Numbered from the stretch's first letter, positions 13,480-27,900 are shown. The stretch: DNA of 64,000 nt from Trichosphaerium sp. ATCC 40318 (GCA_038496445.1 JALMLS010000523.1:1-64000); one strand, 5' to 3'. Notes: generated by a model not told the origin, from the sequence alone. Numbers and translations are program-made.

Positions 13480-13773
13480 TCTAGAATCTAGCTGTGTTCA
13501 TCTTCAGGAGATGTGTATGGTCATTGAGTGTATATTTTGTGAGCGTACAGAAAAAGCAGCTCTATTGTTTTAGTTTTTAACATAATCAACTACACATGTG
13601 CTTAATTGAAAGGACACTGTGTGATGCCATAATGAGGCATAGCCAAAAACAGAGTAGAGACTACTCACAGAAGGTATGCAGTCGACAAGAATAAACTTAA
13701 GAATTGTAGCCCTTATTTCCGTCGGTATTGTATAAAATACACCTGTACCGCGAGTTACGTTTGTTTCTATCAT
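13480..13773 (-). pseudogene. Degenerate F-box-like gene fragment
   Basis: FYTIPTEIRATILKFI resembles an F-box start, but no long downstream frame can be spliced on. Confidence 0.3.
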
Positions 13774-14075
13774 AATATATCTGTTATACGCAAGCCATGG
13801 TAATTGATGTTTGATACTGCTACGTCTTGCGTCCGAAAATACCAAATAAGTTCGCTGGGTGTAGTCTTTTTTAGTCGTTTTGCCTAATACAGTTTTTGGG
13901 GAGTGTGAGTGAACTTGTCATTTATTATCAAACCTGCAGATCATACTGTATCGCTCACAGTATTTACAAGTATGCTGGTAATTGATTCAATCATAATTGT
14001 TTTTCTTTAGTAACCTGTGTATCACGTGATAAACCAAAAAAAGTCAAACAATTTAATTAATGACAAAATATAAGA

Positions 14076-15762
14076 ATGAACTTTAACTTTAACCCCAGAG
14101 ATGCAAATATACCTATTTGTCCTCACAGCGCTGTAAAATCTAATTTTAAGTACCCTTCAATAGTTATTGGCTATGCTATTCTCGCTGTTACTTCTATTGT
14201 ACTCGCTTTTACTGTGTACGCTAAGTTCAACGTAGTAAAGGTTAAAACAGATATTGTGAGGTACGTTCTTGACGAAAACGTATTCCTTACTTCAAATAGA
14301 AAGATTAGCGGTAAAAACATCTCAAATATAATGTGGGTACTCTATTTCTTGTGTCTTGGCGTTCGGTACTTTGCGAAATTCCAAAATACGTCACCTTACT
14401 ATTTATAAAGGTCTATTACTGGTTCTATTCAGTATGGTATAGCTCAGGACGATAACACTGTGCCTTTTGGCGCATTTGAGAAAATAGTTATAGTTGTCGG
14501 TCTAGTAATGCAGGTAAACGCACTAGAACGCTAAATAATAGCGTCGATCTATTTTAAACGCAAACTAAACAACGGAAAACAAAAAATGTCGGCCACAGCT
14601 CCTAACTCGCGTGAAAGCGCTCGGAGAATCATTATAAATGATTCATACACTCATTTTGAGATGTCATTGACACTTTACAAAGGGATTTGGTGCACTGTTC
14701 CTAACACATGCTCTATTGAATCAGAAGCGATATAGATCTGCTCTATATACAGATGAACATATGATAATATCAGTAGAGGAACATAAACAATCTATTAATG
14801 AATCAGAAGAATTTCTAACGTCTTATGGAACAAACTCTTTCAAACGCAAAGCGGTAAGTAAACGGTTTACGATCTTTTTTTTTTTCTCCTACTGCTTTTC
14901 CCTCCTGCTTGGTGCTGTTGCTTGACAGTTCAATCGGTTGTGTTATTTTTTTTTTGTTAACTAACCACGTGATTATCGATTTTTTAAAAGATGTGTCATG
15001 TGGGTACTGTAGCAGTTTTCTTATGTTGTTTTTTTTTAGAGTATTTTGAGATTTATTTTTCGATGGGAAACTCTGTTTCTTGCTTTGTTCATCATGTACA
15101 TTGTTGCTATGGGTTTTGAACTAACGTTACGTAATTTTTATTTATCGAGCTTATGTTATCACGCAAATCTAACTCGCTGTTAGTGATAATCATACTTTTT
15201 CTGATCGTGACACTTCACCAAGGATTATTATTTTTTTGATATTTTTTTCGCTACAAAGGCTTCCTATTTTAGTATTGGCTGTAATCATCTTGCTTACACA
15301 TAATAAGTACCCAGGTACACCTTAAAAAAGTACTTTTATTAACGGACAATTACAACTCATTGTGTTTCCCAGAGGGACCGTCAAGTGCAAGTCGATGTCT
15401 TGTTGGTGTTGCTGCATTGTTTGATTTGACAAATGCAATTCCATTAACTGCTTGGGCAGTTACTTTTTGTCCAAGTACGCTGTCTAGTCCACGAATGATT
15501 GCTTATATTTGTGATATAGCTAGGGTGTGCTCTTGTGTATTTTACTTTGGTAGTATGGTAGATATCATACATGTTTGTTACTTTGTTGCTCAAATATTTT
15601 TTTTTCTATTCATTTCATTTGAGTATAAGAGATACAAAGAGGAGTGTATATGGCGGTATCATAAAAAAGTTAATGTACGTATTTCTTTACGTTCTTGTCA
15701 TTATCTTGACAGTTGGTTCTTACTTTTTATTTATATAGGAACAGCATGTTACTCTTTACTAA
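14076..15762 (+). CDS. Multi-pass (~7 TM) membrane protein of unknown function
   Basis: In-frame spliced exons with repeated hydrophobic helices (VIGYAILAVTSIVLAFTVY, MWVLYFLCLGV, IIHVCYFVAQIFFFLFI); TAA at 15760-15762. Confidence 0.65.
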
Positions 15763-15985
15763 AAAAAACATCCTAAAAACCAAAAATGTCACTTGCTTTT
15801 TTGGGTTAAAAAATTTGGCGTGTCAAAACTTTTACGTGTTGAAACTGTAATGTAGTAAAGTACCAGTATCCGTTTTACGGATACATATGCGTTTGAAAGA
15901 AATACACGTTTTTATGAATGAGACCTTGCTTAACGAGTATGAACCCTTAAGTTAAGTGCAACTTTTTGGGGTTTTGTTTGGCGCG

Positions 15986-17567
15986 ATGAGGAACAGCGCT
16001 AATTTTAAGAACAAACTGAGCGTGTTCGTGCTCTCAGCAGTGTTGATAGTGATATTTATGGCGCTCATATTTGTTTTGGTTGCCTGTATGTTATTCGCTG
16101 TTTTTATATGTGTACCTTATCACAGTGTAGCTGAAAATGGAAATGATGCTGCAAAAATTGTTTCGCAACATCCTGAACCTGAGGATGAGGAAACATTGCT
16201 CGCAAACTTGAAAGAGTACTACTCTAAGCGTACGTACACGATAAGCGCCTAAAACGAATGACACGTTGACGATTTTTGTTATCGACTCAAAAGCCAATTT
16301 AAACTTATTGATATTCTAGCACATAAACGAGCGCGTAATATTACGCTAGTTTCGACGAGTCCACGCGTTTACAAATACCATCACTTTATAACACCTTTTG
16401 AAGCTCAACATATCATCAAAAAGTACGTAAAACGACCAACGGGGCGACAAACAACAGAACCAACCAAAACTTTTTTCGGTAAACGCTTCTGTCGAAAATT
16501 CATGCAATACAACATTGTGTTATCATAAGAATGTCTTTTAAAACGGTTAATGATGATTTAGAGGTGAATCACATCTGACACGCTCAACCGTCGCAGGAAA
16601 GTCAGGAGACGTATGCAATTGCATTAAAAACTACTTAGAATTTAGTAACGACCTTACTCGCGTTCTAGAACCTTAAATCTGATGCTCGTTCTTCAAATGG
16701 AGCTTTCTTGAGTTTTATGAAAGATGACCCTGTTATCAGAGATATTGAGGTACATACATACAGTACTTTTTGAGATTGTGATTTTTTTTCTGTTCGCTTA
16801 CATAACTTTTAGATGCGTATTGCTGAATGGACACAACTACCTGTTGAGAATGGAGAAGATCTTTATTTACTACGTTATCAGCTTAATCAGCAGTATAAAG
16901 CTCATCATGATTACTTTGAAGGTACTATTTTTTTGGAAAATTAATTAATTTTGGATTTTTTTTTTTGACATGTGTCACGTGTGATTGTAATTCAATCCTA
17001 CTTCTTTCTTCGCCTCCCATATTATTTATTATTGTTAATGTAAAATAATACAATATATTTTCTATGTATCAAGAACAAGAAAAGTGATAACGACGTTTAT
17101 GAAATGTGATAATACGTGTTGTCAAAAAACCTTTTTATCTTTTTGTTTATTAATTTTAACGCCACTCTTTAGACGAAGTGTGGATCGGTAAACATGGTAA
17201 TCGCGTAGCCACAGTACTAGTGTATCTACAATCACCAGAAGAGGGAGGTGAAACTGCTTTCCCAAAAGCTGGAATATCAGTTGGGTTCGGTACGCATTTG
17301 CATTCCTTTTTACTCTTTTGCGAATCATTTTATTTCTCATGTATCTCTTCTTCTTTAGAAAGTGGTGATGCTGTTTTATTTTGGGATTATAAACCAACAA
17401 TCCAGAAAGATGCTATGTCATTACACGCCGGAACACCAGTACTGAAGGTAAATGGAAAAAAAAAAGTTGGAATTCTTTTTATTTTATCTAATTTGTTTTT
17501 AATTATTTAGGGCACAAAGTGGTGTATGACAAAATGGATTAGAATGAGAAAATTCAAGAATTGGTAA
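15986..17567 (+). CDS. Type II membrane prolyl 4-hydroxylase (2OG-Fe(II) oxygenase)
   Basis: N-terminal TM anchor; LLRYQLNQQYKAHHDYF, GNRVATVLVYL, EGGETAFP, LHAGTPV and KWCMTKWIR motifs. Confidence 0.92.
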
Positions 17568-18111
17568 GCATTCAAGCAAGGGGTTATTTGATAATAATCA
17601 AAAAACCACAAAGACTTGGGCAATGTACAGGCCGTTGTATAAAGTAAAGACTATTAAATTTTCATATTTTTTAAGACCAGACTGGTATGTCCAATCTCAT
17701 AGAATTTATCGTTTTCTTCACTTAGGTGTAGAAAAATGCTCGTAAGTAGAGTTTAACAGGAATTTATCACGGTGAAATTACAGTTGTTGAGGTATCTCAG
17801 TACCGCTGAAGTTTATACTTAAGTTTTCACAAAGGATCCACTTTACCTATCCTGAACTGCAAGTGATGTTTACAGCTACATAAGTGACATTGACTTACCA
17901 ACCTGAAATGTGTAGTTTAAAAAATAGTTTAGCTAATGAATGTGGAACTTCAACAAGTTATTTTCACTGAACTCCTTTATCTAAATGATCTTCGAAAAGA
18001 ACCGATTTTTCTTAAAGTCAGAAAGACAAACACTGCGTTCTTTTTTGTTCATATGAATTAGTGCTCGTTATAAGAATATTGCGAGATCCATTAGTTAAAA
18101 ACAATATTGCA

Positions 18112-19787
18112 ATGGAAAGCACGTTAGTATACTATAAACCAGTATCAACAGCGAATAAACGGAATAAAAAGAAAAAGAAAAAAAGAAACAAACCCCAACA
18201 AACACCGTTTGATTACATACGCTCAGGAGATTGCAAAATGATTATGAGCTATACTAAAGAACAACTGGATGTATGGGAAAATAATATAGAAGAGACTGTT
18301 GGTGACAAACAAGTAGGTACGATTGGTGCCAACTTCCAAACTCATGACATTTTTAAAACAATATTGTTTAGCTTCTTCGTGGCACATCACACATTGTGCT
18401 GTGGCATATGGACAAACTGGTATTCTACAAGGAATGATATATAAGGGAGTACATATGGATAAAGTAACACCAGTGGGCGGTAATACCTGTCTACACTTCG
18501 CGCTTGAAAGAAAAAACAATGAGCAAGTAAGACATCATTCTCACCAGCGTAGCTTGCTTTAATTTTCTTAGTTGATTAATATTTTACTTAAAACGGAAGT
18601 AAATGTAAATCTGACAAACTCAGCCGGAACAAACTTCGTGGTAAGGAACAGAACTTGGGTTTTTTTCTATAACTCATAAACAATCTATTCTTTGCCAAGC
18701 TTTGATGACATAAAACTAGGAAGTAGTGTATAGGGATCCCGTTTACTCGAGGTACAAAGACTTCATAAAAGACAAGGAGATTATGGAAAAAATGAAGAAA
18801 TTCGCATACTATGCAAGAATCAATCTTTATTCATGCTACATTTATCAAGTACCTCCAGAAATACTCGACGCAATAGTGCAGAATATATCATGTCCTAAGT
18901 CTCTAACAAATCTTGCTACAGTAAGTAAAATCTTCAACGAGATTGCTTGTGGTACGCAATACTGTGTTGTTCTAACACTAAATCCTGTTTGTGTAGATGA
19001 AAGACAGTGGAAACGAGTTTTCCATGAGCTTGACAAACAACTAAACATAACGAGTAAGGAGTATCAAGAGCATGTAAGATTAGTATCATCTCGGAGCTAT
19101 AGACTTTATGAAACCTCGAGAATGAGCTATAAAGCACGTGTCAAGAGAGCAGGTAAACCATTTAGAATTATTGTGCCTCTAAGTGTTGTAGTTCAATTAA
19201 GACGTATTGCTCCCTTGCTGTCAAATGAAAGGTGGTTAAATATCAAAGATAACTTGATTATCTTAGGGCAATGGCGCATATACAACCTAACAGAATCAAG
19301 ACAAGGATACGAGCGTTCAATTCTGAATCTAAACGCATCAAAATGCAGGTGGGAAGTGAAAAACATTACAATGACTGATAAAGAAGAAGAAGTATGTAGG
19401 ATGAATAGATTAGTAGTCCATAGTAACAAACAGAAGAGTTTTTATGACAAAGTTGGTGATGTGACCTTTGGGCTTCGCCAGGAATGGTCCGGTTGGTTCA
19501 GAGGCTATGTACAGAAACCACCTATACACATCAAATGTAGGCATTCTAAGAGCAGAGCGTATGCTGAAGTGGAGCTATCTTTTGGGCCTTGCGACTATCG
19601 AATAAAATTAAATCCATGCACGTGGAAACAAGCAAGGTTTATTGATGATAAGAGAGGTATTTATATTGTTGGGAATATTGGTCTTTTCGGATACAATGAG
19701 CTTAAAAAAACTGTTTTCTTGGATCAAGCACCTTGTAAAATGTTGTATTGGGAATATGGAATCAAACAAAAGTATTGGATTTGTTAG
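18112..19787 (+). CDS. Ankyrin-repeat + F-box protein
   Basis: THCAVAYGQ and GNTCLHFA (ANK); VPPEILDAIVQNISCPKSLTNLATVSKIFNEI (F-box); long C-terminal exon. Confidence 0.75.
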
Positions 19788-20180
19788 AAACAAGAAATTT
19801 CACCTTCTAACATCAGTTGCACTGAAGCACCTAATATGTCTGCCCTGCCATCTCTGTTCCTGTAGCTATTCAGCAACCTTTTGCTCCAATTGTTCCAACA
19901 AATGATCGACTACTATGTTTATTGTAAGTGTAAAACAAAAAACAATAAGGAATAAAATTGTTTACACTTTGGTTTAGCACGTGATGGATATCTCAGCGTT
20001 AAGCTGTCGGTTATTAATATTCTGTATTTAAACACGATACTGAAGTCAGCTTTGGGGCACAGGTAAGGGTAACGGCCGAAACTTAGAGGTTTGCTCATGA
20101 AGTCGCTTAACTTCCGTTTTTATCAACGCCTACGCTGACAATTGTGAATCAAGTTGTTCTGTTAGCAAATAGGACGAATA

Positions 20181-21657
20181 ATGGGTAACAAACAGCCCAA
20201 GCCGTCCAATACGCAATCTACAATAGCTACAATTGATTCTGCACTACTGAATATGCCTAACGAAGTGTTGGTGTGTATTTTGGTTCAATGTAAACCAAAT
20301 CAGCTTAGTACGACAAGTCTTGTCAGTAAACGCTTTCACGACCTCACACTCGCGGCTGCAAAACAAAACGTACGCTTCACAACCAAAAAAACCGACAATG
20401 AACGATTTGGTTTACAAAACCGGTAAAAATGTACTAACGTTGCTTCTAGAAGCTAAGATCGTATTCTCCACAGATGACAGCATTATCAGTTTGCTTTTTG
20501 GGAAGCGGTGGTAAAACACTTTTTACCCATATCTGTCTATTTAGTCGCTTATTATCTTGTGAAAACAGGGACAGGAAACAAGTCAGCTTTCGTTATACAA
20601 TTTTGCCATGATCATTTCGCACGTGATTTTTTTTTTATCTTTTTTGACTGATACAAAAACAATGCTTTAAGGGTGGTTCCACCCTTAAAAAGCCCGACAC
20701 TTGACTTGCGAGTTGTGACAATTGTGGATAGCACTAACAGTTTTTTCTAGAGACAGGAATATGATCCAACGATAGAAGACGTACGTTTAGTATTCCTTCT
20801 CGATTAGTTGCAAACATGTCATTAATACTTTTAGTCTTATCGGTATGTGATTGCACTTTGAGTTTCCTTTTGACGAAAACAAAGAAAAACATGGAAAGTG
20901 GATGGGATTGATGTGAATTTCGACATTTTAGATACAGCAGGACAAGAAGAGGTAGCGTAACTGGTTTCCATATGCTGATCAGCTTATAAACAAAATAATT
21001 GTTTTGTGGCGGTGTTGATTTTGTATCCTGTAGTATAGTTGTATGCGTGACCAATATATAAGACAATATGAGTGTGTTGTCATAGGATACTCTATTACTT
21101 CCCGTGGTTCTTTTCAAGATTGTGATAATCACTTCATCCCCGCAGTTCTTAGAATAAAAGAGAGAGGAGATTTTAGCAAAGTATGTCACTAGAATATTAT
21201 GTATGCCCTAATCTTGTTTTTTAGATACCAGCAGTATTCATTGGTAATAAAAAAGATCTAACTAATCAACGTGAGGTTTCATATGCTGAAGGAAAAGGTA
21301 AATCTTTCAATTTTGTTTTTTTTTTCTAATCAAACTGCACACTTTCTTATTCTTTCTTTGTATGATCATTATTCCACCTTTTTGTGTTGGAATTGAACTC
21401 TAACAGAATTGTGCAAAACTCATTTTTTGGCCCTTTGGGAATCTGCTGATTTAGTTTTTTCTTTTTTTTCTGATTATTTTGTTAAAGCATTGGCTGACAA
21501 GTACGGTGTTCCTTTTTTTGAAACCTCAGCAAAAACAAGAGAAAACGTTGAAGAGACTATGATAGCTTTAACAAGAGAGTATTGGACAAAGTTATGTTCA
21601 GGTGGTCAAACATCACCTAAAAAGAAAAAGAAGAAAAAGTGGAACAAAAAAAAATAA
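20181..21657 (+). CDS. F-box-Ras GTPase fusion, copy 1
   Basis: MGNK start; LLNMPNEVLVCIL F-box; GSGGTGNKS, EYDPTIEDSY, DTAGQEEY, GNKKD and ETSAK; polybasic end without CAAX. Confidence 0.88.
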
Positions 21658-21797
21658 AACAAGCACATCCGGCTGCCTCTATTGTATAAACTCCAATTGT
21701 TTGTAAAAAAACACGAAAGTACTCTTGGAAATAACTTAAACGCACTTTGCTTAATGCAGAATATAAGCACGTGATAAAAGTCGCAGTACATTTCATA

Positions 21798-23481
21798 ATG
21801 AATTCAAATTATCTACCTACCGTTTCTGTACAGCAAGCGCTGACATACTATGGTCACTACCACGGAGAAGCGTTTCAAAAGCTCACAGGAGAAAAATACG
21901 ACATAATCGTAAAACAACTTGAAAGAGTGTTAACAATTGCGAACGGATCCCTTTTACGACAACTTGACGATATTATATCAAAACAAACGGAGAATAATAA
22001 CGTTGTGGGCTTTGAGAAAGATAACGAACAATCCCCGAAAGAGAAGCAGCAACGGTACGCGATATACAAAGATAAAAAAAGAAAAATATCTCTTACCTCG
22101 CGACTGACAAATTAAGTTGTAGGACGCAAATTTCGATGTACGAGCCACCTAATCTTGTTGAGTTCCCTCCAGAGGTTCTTTCGCACATCTTTTGTTATAC
22201 AAGAGGACAAGATAGATTTTCTGTTGCTCAGTCTTGTCATTTGATGGCTGATATCATTCATCATGTTGTTGGATATGAAACTATTTATATCTCCAGTATT
22301 TCAGACATGTTAAAGATTAGACAGTACAAAGGCATACAAAACAAAACAATCGTTGGTATACGCAAGGACCTTGAGTGCCGCAAATTCAAACAGAGTACAC
22401 TTGATGACGACATTCTGGTAGAACTTGCAGGCGTTCGTCTTATTGATCTTTCTAATTGCGGGCAAATAACAGATAAAGGGATCAAGTCACTTGCAGGTGT
22501 TCATTCCATTAATCTTTAGATGAAGGGATCAAGTCACTCGCTGGCGTTCATTCCATTAATCTTTCTGATTCCCCATTAATAACAGATGAAGGGATCAAAT
22601 CACTCGCTGGTGTTCATACCATTAGCCTTCGTTACACTTCGGTAACAGACCAAGGTATCAAATATTTGAGAGGAGTACATGAAATCAACCTTACCAGCAC
22701 TTCAGTTACAGATGAAGGCATAATAGCATTGTCAGGAGTTCATACCATAAGTCTGCATCTTTGTAAGCTAATAACAGATGAAGGGATTAAAAGTCTTGCT
22801 GGTGTTCATACAATTAACCTTACTGATTGTGAACAAATAACAGATGAAGGGATCAAGTCACTCGCAGGTGTTCATTCCATTAATCTTTCTGGTTCTCCAT
22901 TAATAACAGATGAAGGGATCAAGTCACTCGCTGGTGTTCATGAAATCAATCTTTCTGGTTCTCCATTAATAACAGATGAAGGGATCAAATCACTCGCTGG
23001 TGTTCATACCATTAAGCTTAGTGAATGCAAACAAATAACAGATGACAGCATTGTTGAGCTTGCCGGTGTCCACACAATTGACCTCAGTTTTACTTCCGTA
23101 ACTGACAAAGGTCTTAAAGCACTCAAAGGCGTCTACAATATTGGCCTTTGTGGTTGTGAACACATAACAGATAACGGTATACAGGCATTGGCTGGAGTTC
23201 ATAAAATCTATCTGAACAATTGCATCCAAATTACTGATGAAGGAATCAAAGCGCTAAAAGGTGTACATACTATTTTCCTTACTAATTGTCAACAAGTGAC
23301 TGATGAAGGAATCAAAGTGCTAAAAGGTGTACACAAAATCTACCTGAACAATTGCACCCAAATTACTGATGAAGGAATCAAAGTGCTAATAGGTTTACAT
23401 ACTATTACCACTACTAATTGTCAAGTGACCTATGAAGGGATTAGAGCTCTTTCTGAAGTTCATACATTTGCTCTTTCATAG
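21798..23481 (+). pseudogene. F-box + LRR array (GVHxIxLxxCxxITDEGIKSLA repeats), frameshifted near 22517 unless rescued by splicing
   Basis: FPPEVLSHIF F-box; about 15 LRR units; one repeat is 19 nt shorter than its sisters; a decayed extra repeat with in-frame stops follows 23481. Confidence 0.75.
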
Positions 23482-24930
23482 TATAGTCAAGTGACAGGCA
23501 AAGGCATTTAATCGCTTCCTGGTGTTTCAAGATAAACATTTCTTTCTGTATTGTGACACTTTTGTTAGCCAATAAATAGTATTATTAAGTCTTTATTCGC
23601 GTTAAAAAAGGAAAACAAAGTTAGTTTATAAAACAGAAACACATGTAGATTTAACTTATACAAAACTTCGGAATTGTGCAAAATAAAGTACTCTCACAAC
23701 TTGTTGAAGATTAACCTCAAAACAACATCAACGTTCTTACAACCCGAACCACAACCTATTTTCGGATGACACTTGAAAACGAAGGTCATATTCTACAACT
23801 TGAAATGTTTGCTGATCTGTAAACCCAGTGTTTTCCTCACTCCGATTCTTCAAAATCCAGTAGAAAGTGCACCCTTCTTAACAACTTTGGCAACTGCATT
23901 AGGGTGAGCTACGCTCACTGAAACCAATTTAGTCACAAGGTATGTAACGCTCCAGACTCTTATAGTCCTTGACTTAACACTTAAATAAACATCTTTTATT
24001 CTAATTTCTCGGTTACGTTATCTCTAACCTTACAAGGTAAACAGTTTCTTATCATTTTTAGCACGTGCACTTGTTTACTTTTTGACTTACAATTCACAGG
24101 CAGCGTGCTGGCTTTTGATGTACAGCAATTTTAACGAAAACACCTCGCCACTTTCAATGAACTCAACCTTAGCTGTTAGAGTCTGTAAGCTACCGTTAAC
24201 TTTTTATTTAGCCCATTCATACTTTGCAATGACGTCTAATAAAACCGGGTTTGACACTGGTTTTTTGGCAACGCTCCATAACTTATTCAATAATACAGTT
24301 ATTGAGTAGGACAAGCGTATAATATCTCAATAGAGAGTTTTTAAATCTCAAAATAATTTTTTTCGAACTTTAGCACAGTACACATAGTAGCATCGGTTCT
24401 CGCGCGATTGTGCGTTAGGTAAGTATTACGAGACCTTACAGTAATAAAATAACTAAACAGCAACAAACACAACCGGTAACACGCAATCAACTAATTCTGG
24501 TTTTTAATAAGTAACTGTAAAACTGGTGAGAATTGTATCGTTTCTTGTCGTTGGAGCTATTTGTAGCGTCGTACGAAGTTTTGAAAAAAGACTAAACTTG
24601 ACGCTTCAAAGTGTCTAAAAAACCCTTGGCTAGCGTTACACGCCCGTATATGGGGTTTCAGATATTGTGATTGTATAATCTACCACGAAAACTGCCCTGT
24701 CGCTTGCCAGACGCATAAAAGCTGAGGTATACTATACTACCGAAATTACAGTAACTCTTGGGTGTATTTCATCACCAAATAAGTTTTATACCTATTTTAT
24801 TGCAATCCCCTTTCACATTCCTCCTGTTACTTACCTCTAATATCTCGCTAGTAGGTTGATTGTGGCTAAATATTACATAGCGGAGTTAATTTCTATTATA
24901 CTGAACGCAAAACGCGCATACTAATACGTG

Positions 24931-27900
24931 ATGACGGGTACTTGAGTTTTTGCCCATTTGTTTTAAAGCAATTACCAAATTATTGCCTGACGCTCTGTCG
25001 GTTTTAGACGGACCACCAAAGTGGGATAAATTACCTCCTGCAAGCGGTTCAGCATCAAATTCTAACAGGAGAAAGAAACCAAAAGAAAGTGTCAATTATG
25101 GAGCCCAACTTGAAGAAATTGTTGATTCAAAGGCAGAGGATCGCATTCAGGACTATGTAGATCATAGACCTATCGGAGACGGGTACGCGCTGGAATAATA
25201 AAAATAAAACTGATCGTACCACGTTTTTTTTCTTTTTTGGCCTTCATTCACGTGCACAAAGAAAACCAAAAAAAAAAATGAAGAGTACTAACAAAACTGG
25301 GTTTTTATCGTCCAGTCTTTTTTTTGACCGTCTGATAACGTGCGGTTAATATTAATAAATATCGTATAGTGCCTCAGGTGAAGTATTCTCGGCGAAGGAA
25401 GTGGCAACGGGTAAAACCGTAGCAATCAAAAAGATGCCTGTAAATAAGAGAAATTTGAAAATGCTTTTTACAGAATTGCAAATAATGAAGGTTACAAAGC
25501 ATGTTAATATTGTAACATACATGGATAGTTGGCTATTTGTAGATGATCTATCTGGTCGTAAACTTTGGGTTGTTATGGAGTTTATGGATAAAGGTTCTTT
25601 GACTGATATACTTGAGAAGTATGATGAAGGTGTACAGATGACAGAAGCGCAAATTGCACGAGTTTGTTTTGGGGCACGTGTTTTTTTTTTGAAAGTTTGA
25701 TTTTTTTTTCAATCTAGACAACCCTCTATGCTGTTGATGGTATTGAAAGCGACGATATCGCTATTATCTAGCTCATTAATCGCGTTTTACTTGATGCTTA
25801 TATCTTTTTTTGATATAGACGCTGAAGGCTCTTAAATTTTTACACAGCTCCAATAGGATACACAGAGATATAAAGAGCGATAATTTGTAAGATTTTCTTT
25901 TTGTAGTTTGCTCTTTTTGACTAATGGTCGTAGATTGTTGAATAGCCAGGGTGATATTAAATTAGGTACGCATTTTTACAGCGCGTTTCTATTTTTTTTG
26001 AGGCAGTATGGTCGCTAATACTTCGCGTAGCTGATTTTGGTTACGCGGCACAAAACGATTCTGATGAGCAAAAGCGTACTACGGTTGTTGGTACTCCTTA
26101 TTGGTACGTGCTTATTAAAAAGGTATTAGCGTGTTGCTAAAACAGAGAAAAATTAAGGATGTCCCCTGAGCTAATTAAAGGATTGAAATACGATAATAAG
26201 GTAGATGTATGGAGTCTGGGCATCATGGCGAGGGAGATGGCTGAAGGTAAAAAAAAAGAATGCCATTTTTTTTTTTGTAGATTCCCACAAATCTCACGCT
26301 AGTTCAATAGGAGAACCTCCATACATGGAATTCCCACCAATGAGAGCACTTTATTTGATAAATACAAAGGTTTGTGACTCTTCTTCACGTGAGAATTTTT
26401 AATTCAGTCGCTAATGCTGTGAACTAAAGGGTGTCCCTAATTTAAAAGAGCCTGACCGGTGGTCCCGCGAATTTAAGCATTTCATGCAAGTTTGTCTAGA
26501 ACGCGATGCTAAGAGACGTCCTACATCTGAACAAATGTTATCTGTGCGCTTTTTCTCCGTTCTCGTATCTTTGTCGCTCATTGTTCTGGTAGCATATTTT
26601 TTTGACTAAAGCAGCATCAAAGACACAGTTCCTAAAGGTTTATGGACCTCCAGAATTAAACGTAGAAGAAGAAGAGGCTCCACCAGCAGGTACGATAAAT
26701 GAGGCTTTTGTGCTCCATATCACTCAAATACGCACTCCAGGTCCTCCACCTAATCCACCAGGTCCTACAAAAACTATGCAGAACCGTCCACTGCCTAAAC
26801 GAGGTGGCGCACCAAAACAAAGACCATCGTATAATGCACCTAAAAAAGCGCCGTATAAGCGTCACGGCCCAAAACAAGCGGGTTATATGACAAAAACAAA
26901 GCCAAAGTATAGTTATGCAAAGCGAGCAAATGGAAAGAAAAATTACAACAGAGTATGCTAATAAGAGATATCGCATTATCAGCTAATATGGTTTAATAGG
27001 GACCTAAAAAAGCGTATTCCAACGATCCAAGGAATCGTAGACCATCACTAACTGCTAAGAGTCCAAAGAAACAGCCCTACAAAGTTGCCACAAGGCAACG
27101 TTCACCTTCAGCCGCTGAGCGACGTGTACGACTTAAAAACAAATACACATTAAGCCAACGTTAATCATTTGTTTTGTTAGGACTCGAATGCTGCTAGAGT
27201 TAAACCTACAGGGCGCCCTAGAGTTCAGTCTGCATCACTTCCTTCTCCACCAGTAACTACTGCACCTGCTCCACCTAGCACTCAGAACCGTCCAGTGTCT
27301 CCAAGGCGGCAAATGCCTAAAACGCCTAAGAAACCAAAATTAGAATGTTGGTCTGAGTTTAAGCCTGAGGAAGCTGGAGAAATTCATTTAGCTGTTGGAG
27401 ATGTCGCTGAAGTATCTAAAGAACAAGGAATGTGGTGTATGGGCAAAAATCTTAACTCTGGTACGTAGACTGCTTTAATTGTTTTTCTCCACAAAAAAAT
27501 TGTTTGTTTTCTCTGAATGTTAAGTATTTATCGTTTTTCCCTTTAGGTAAGGAAGGTTGGTTCCCTAGGAATTTTTGTATTCCATACGCAGATAAAGAAT
27601 CTGAAGAAACTATGGGTCATGTCCGTCTTCTTTCTACAGATGAAGCACAGAGAAGTAAACATGAGCTACTGTCTACATCCTCAACAAATGGATCACAGAC
27701 GTATACTCAAAGAGCTCCTGCTACGTATAGCACTCCTATTAATAATTCTGCATCTTCATCTTCTAGTGCTCCTGCTTCACCAAGGTACAATAGTCAACTA
27801 ACCAACTAAGAAACACGTTTATTTCGCTACTTCGTAAACTGTTTATTTATTTCTTTTGTCTGACTGTTACCCTTTAGAAGTTTCAAGGAGCGTGTTAATA

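Noticed and set aside
22430-23480. CRISPR-like regularly spaced repeats
   Set aside because: The units are codon-phased LRRs with no unique spacers and no cas genes.
23640-24310. Coding-like sequence between the LRR and PAK genes
   Set aside because: All frames are interrupted and no domain is recognisable; at most a remnant.
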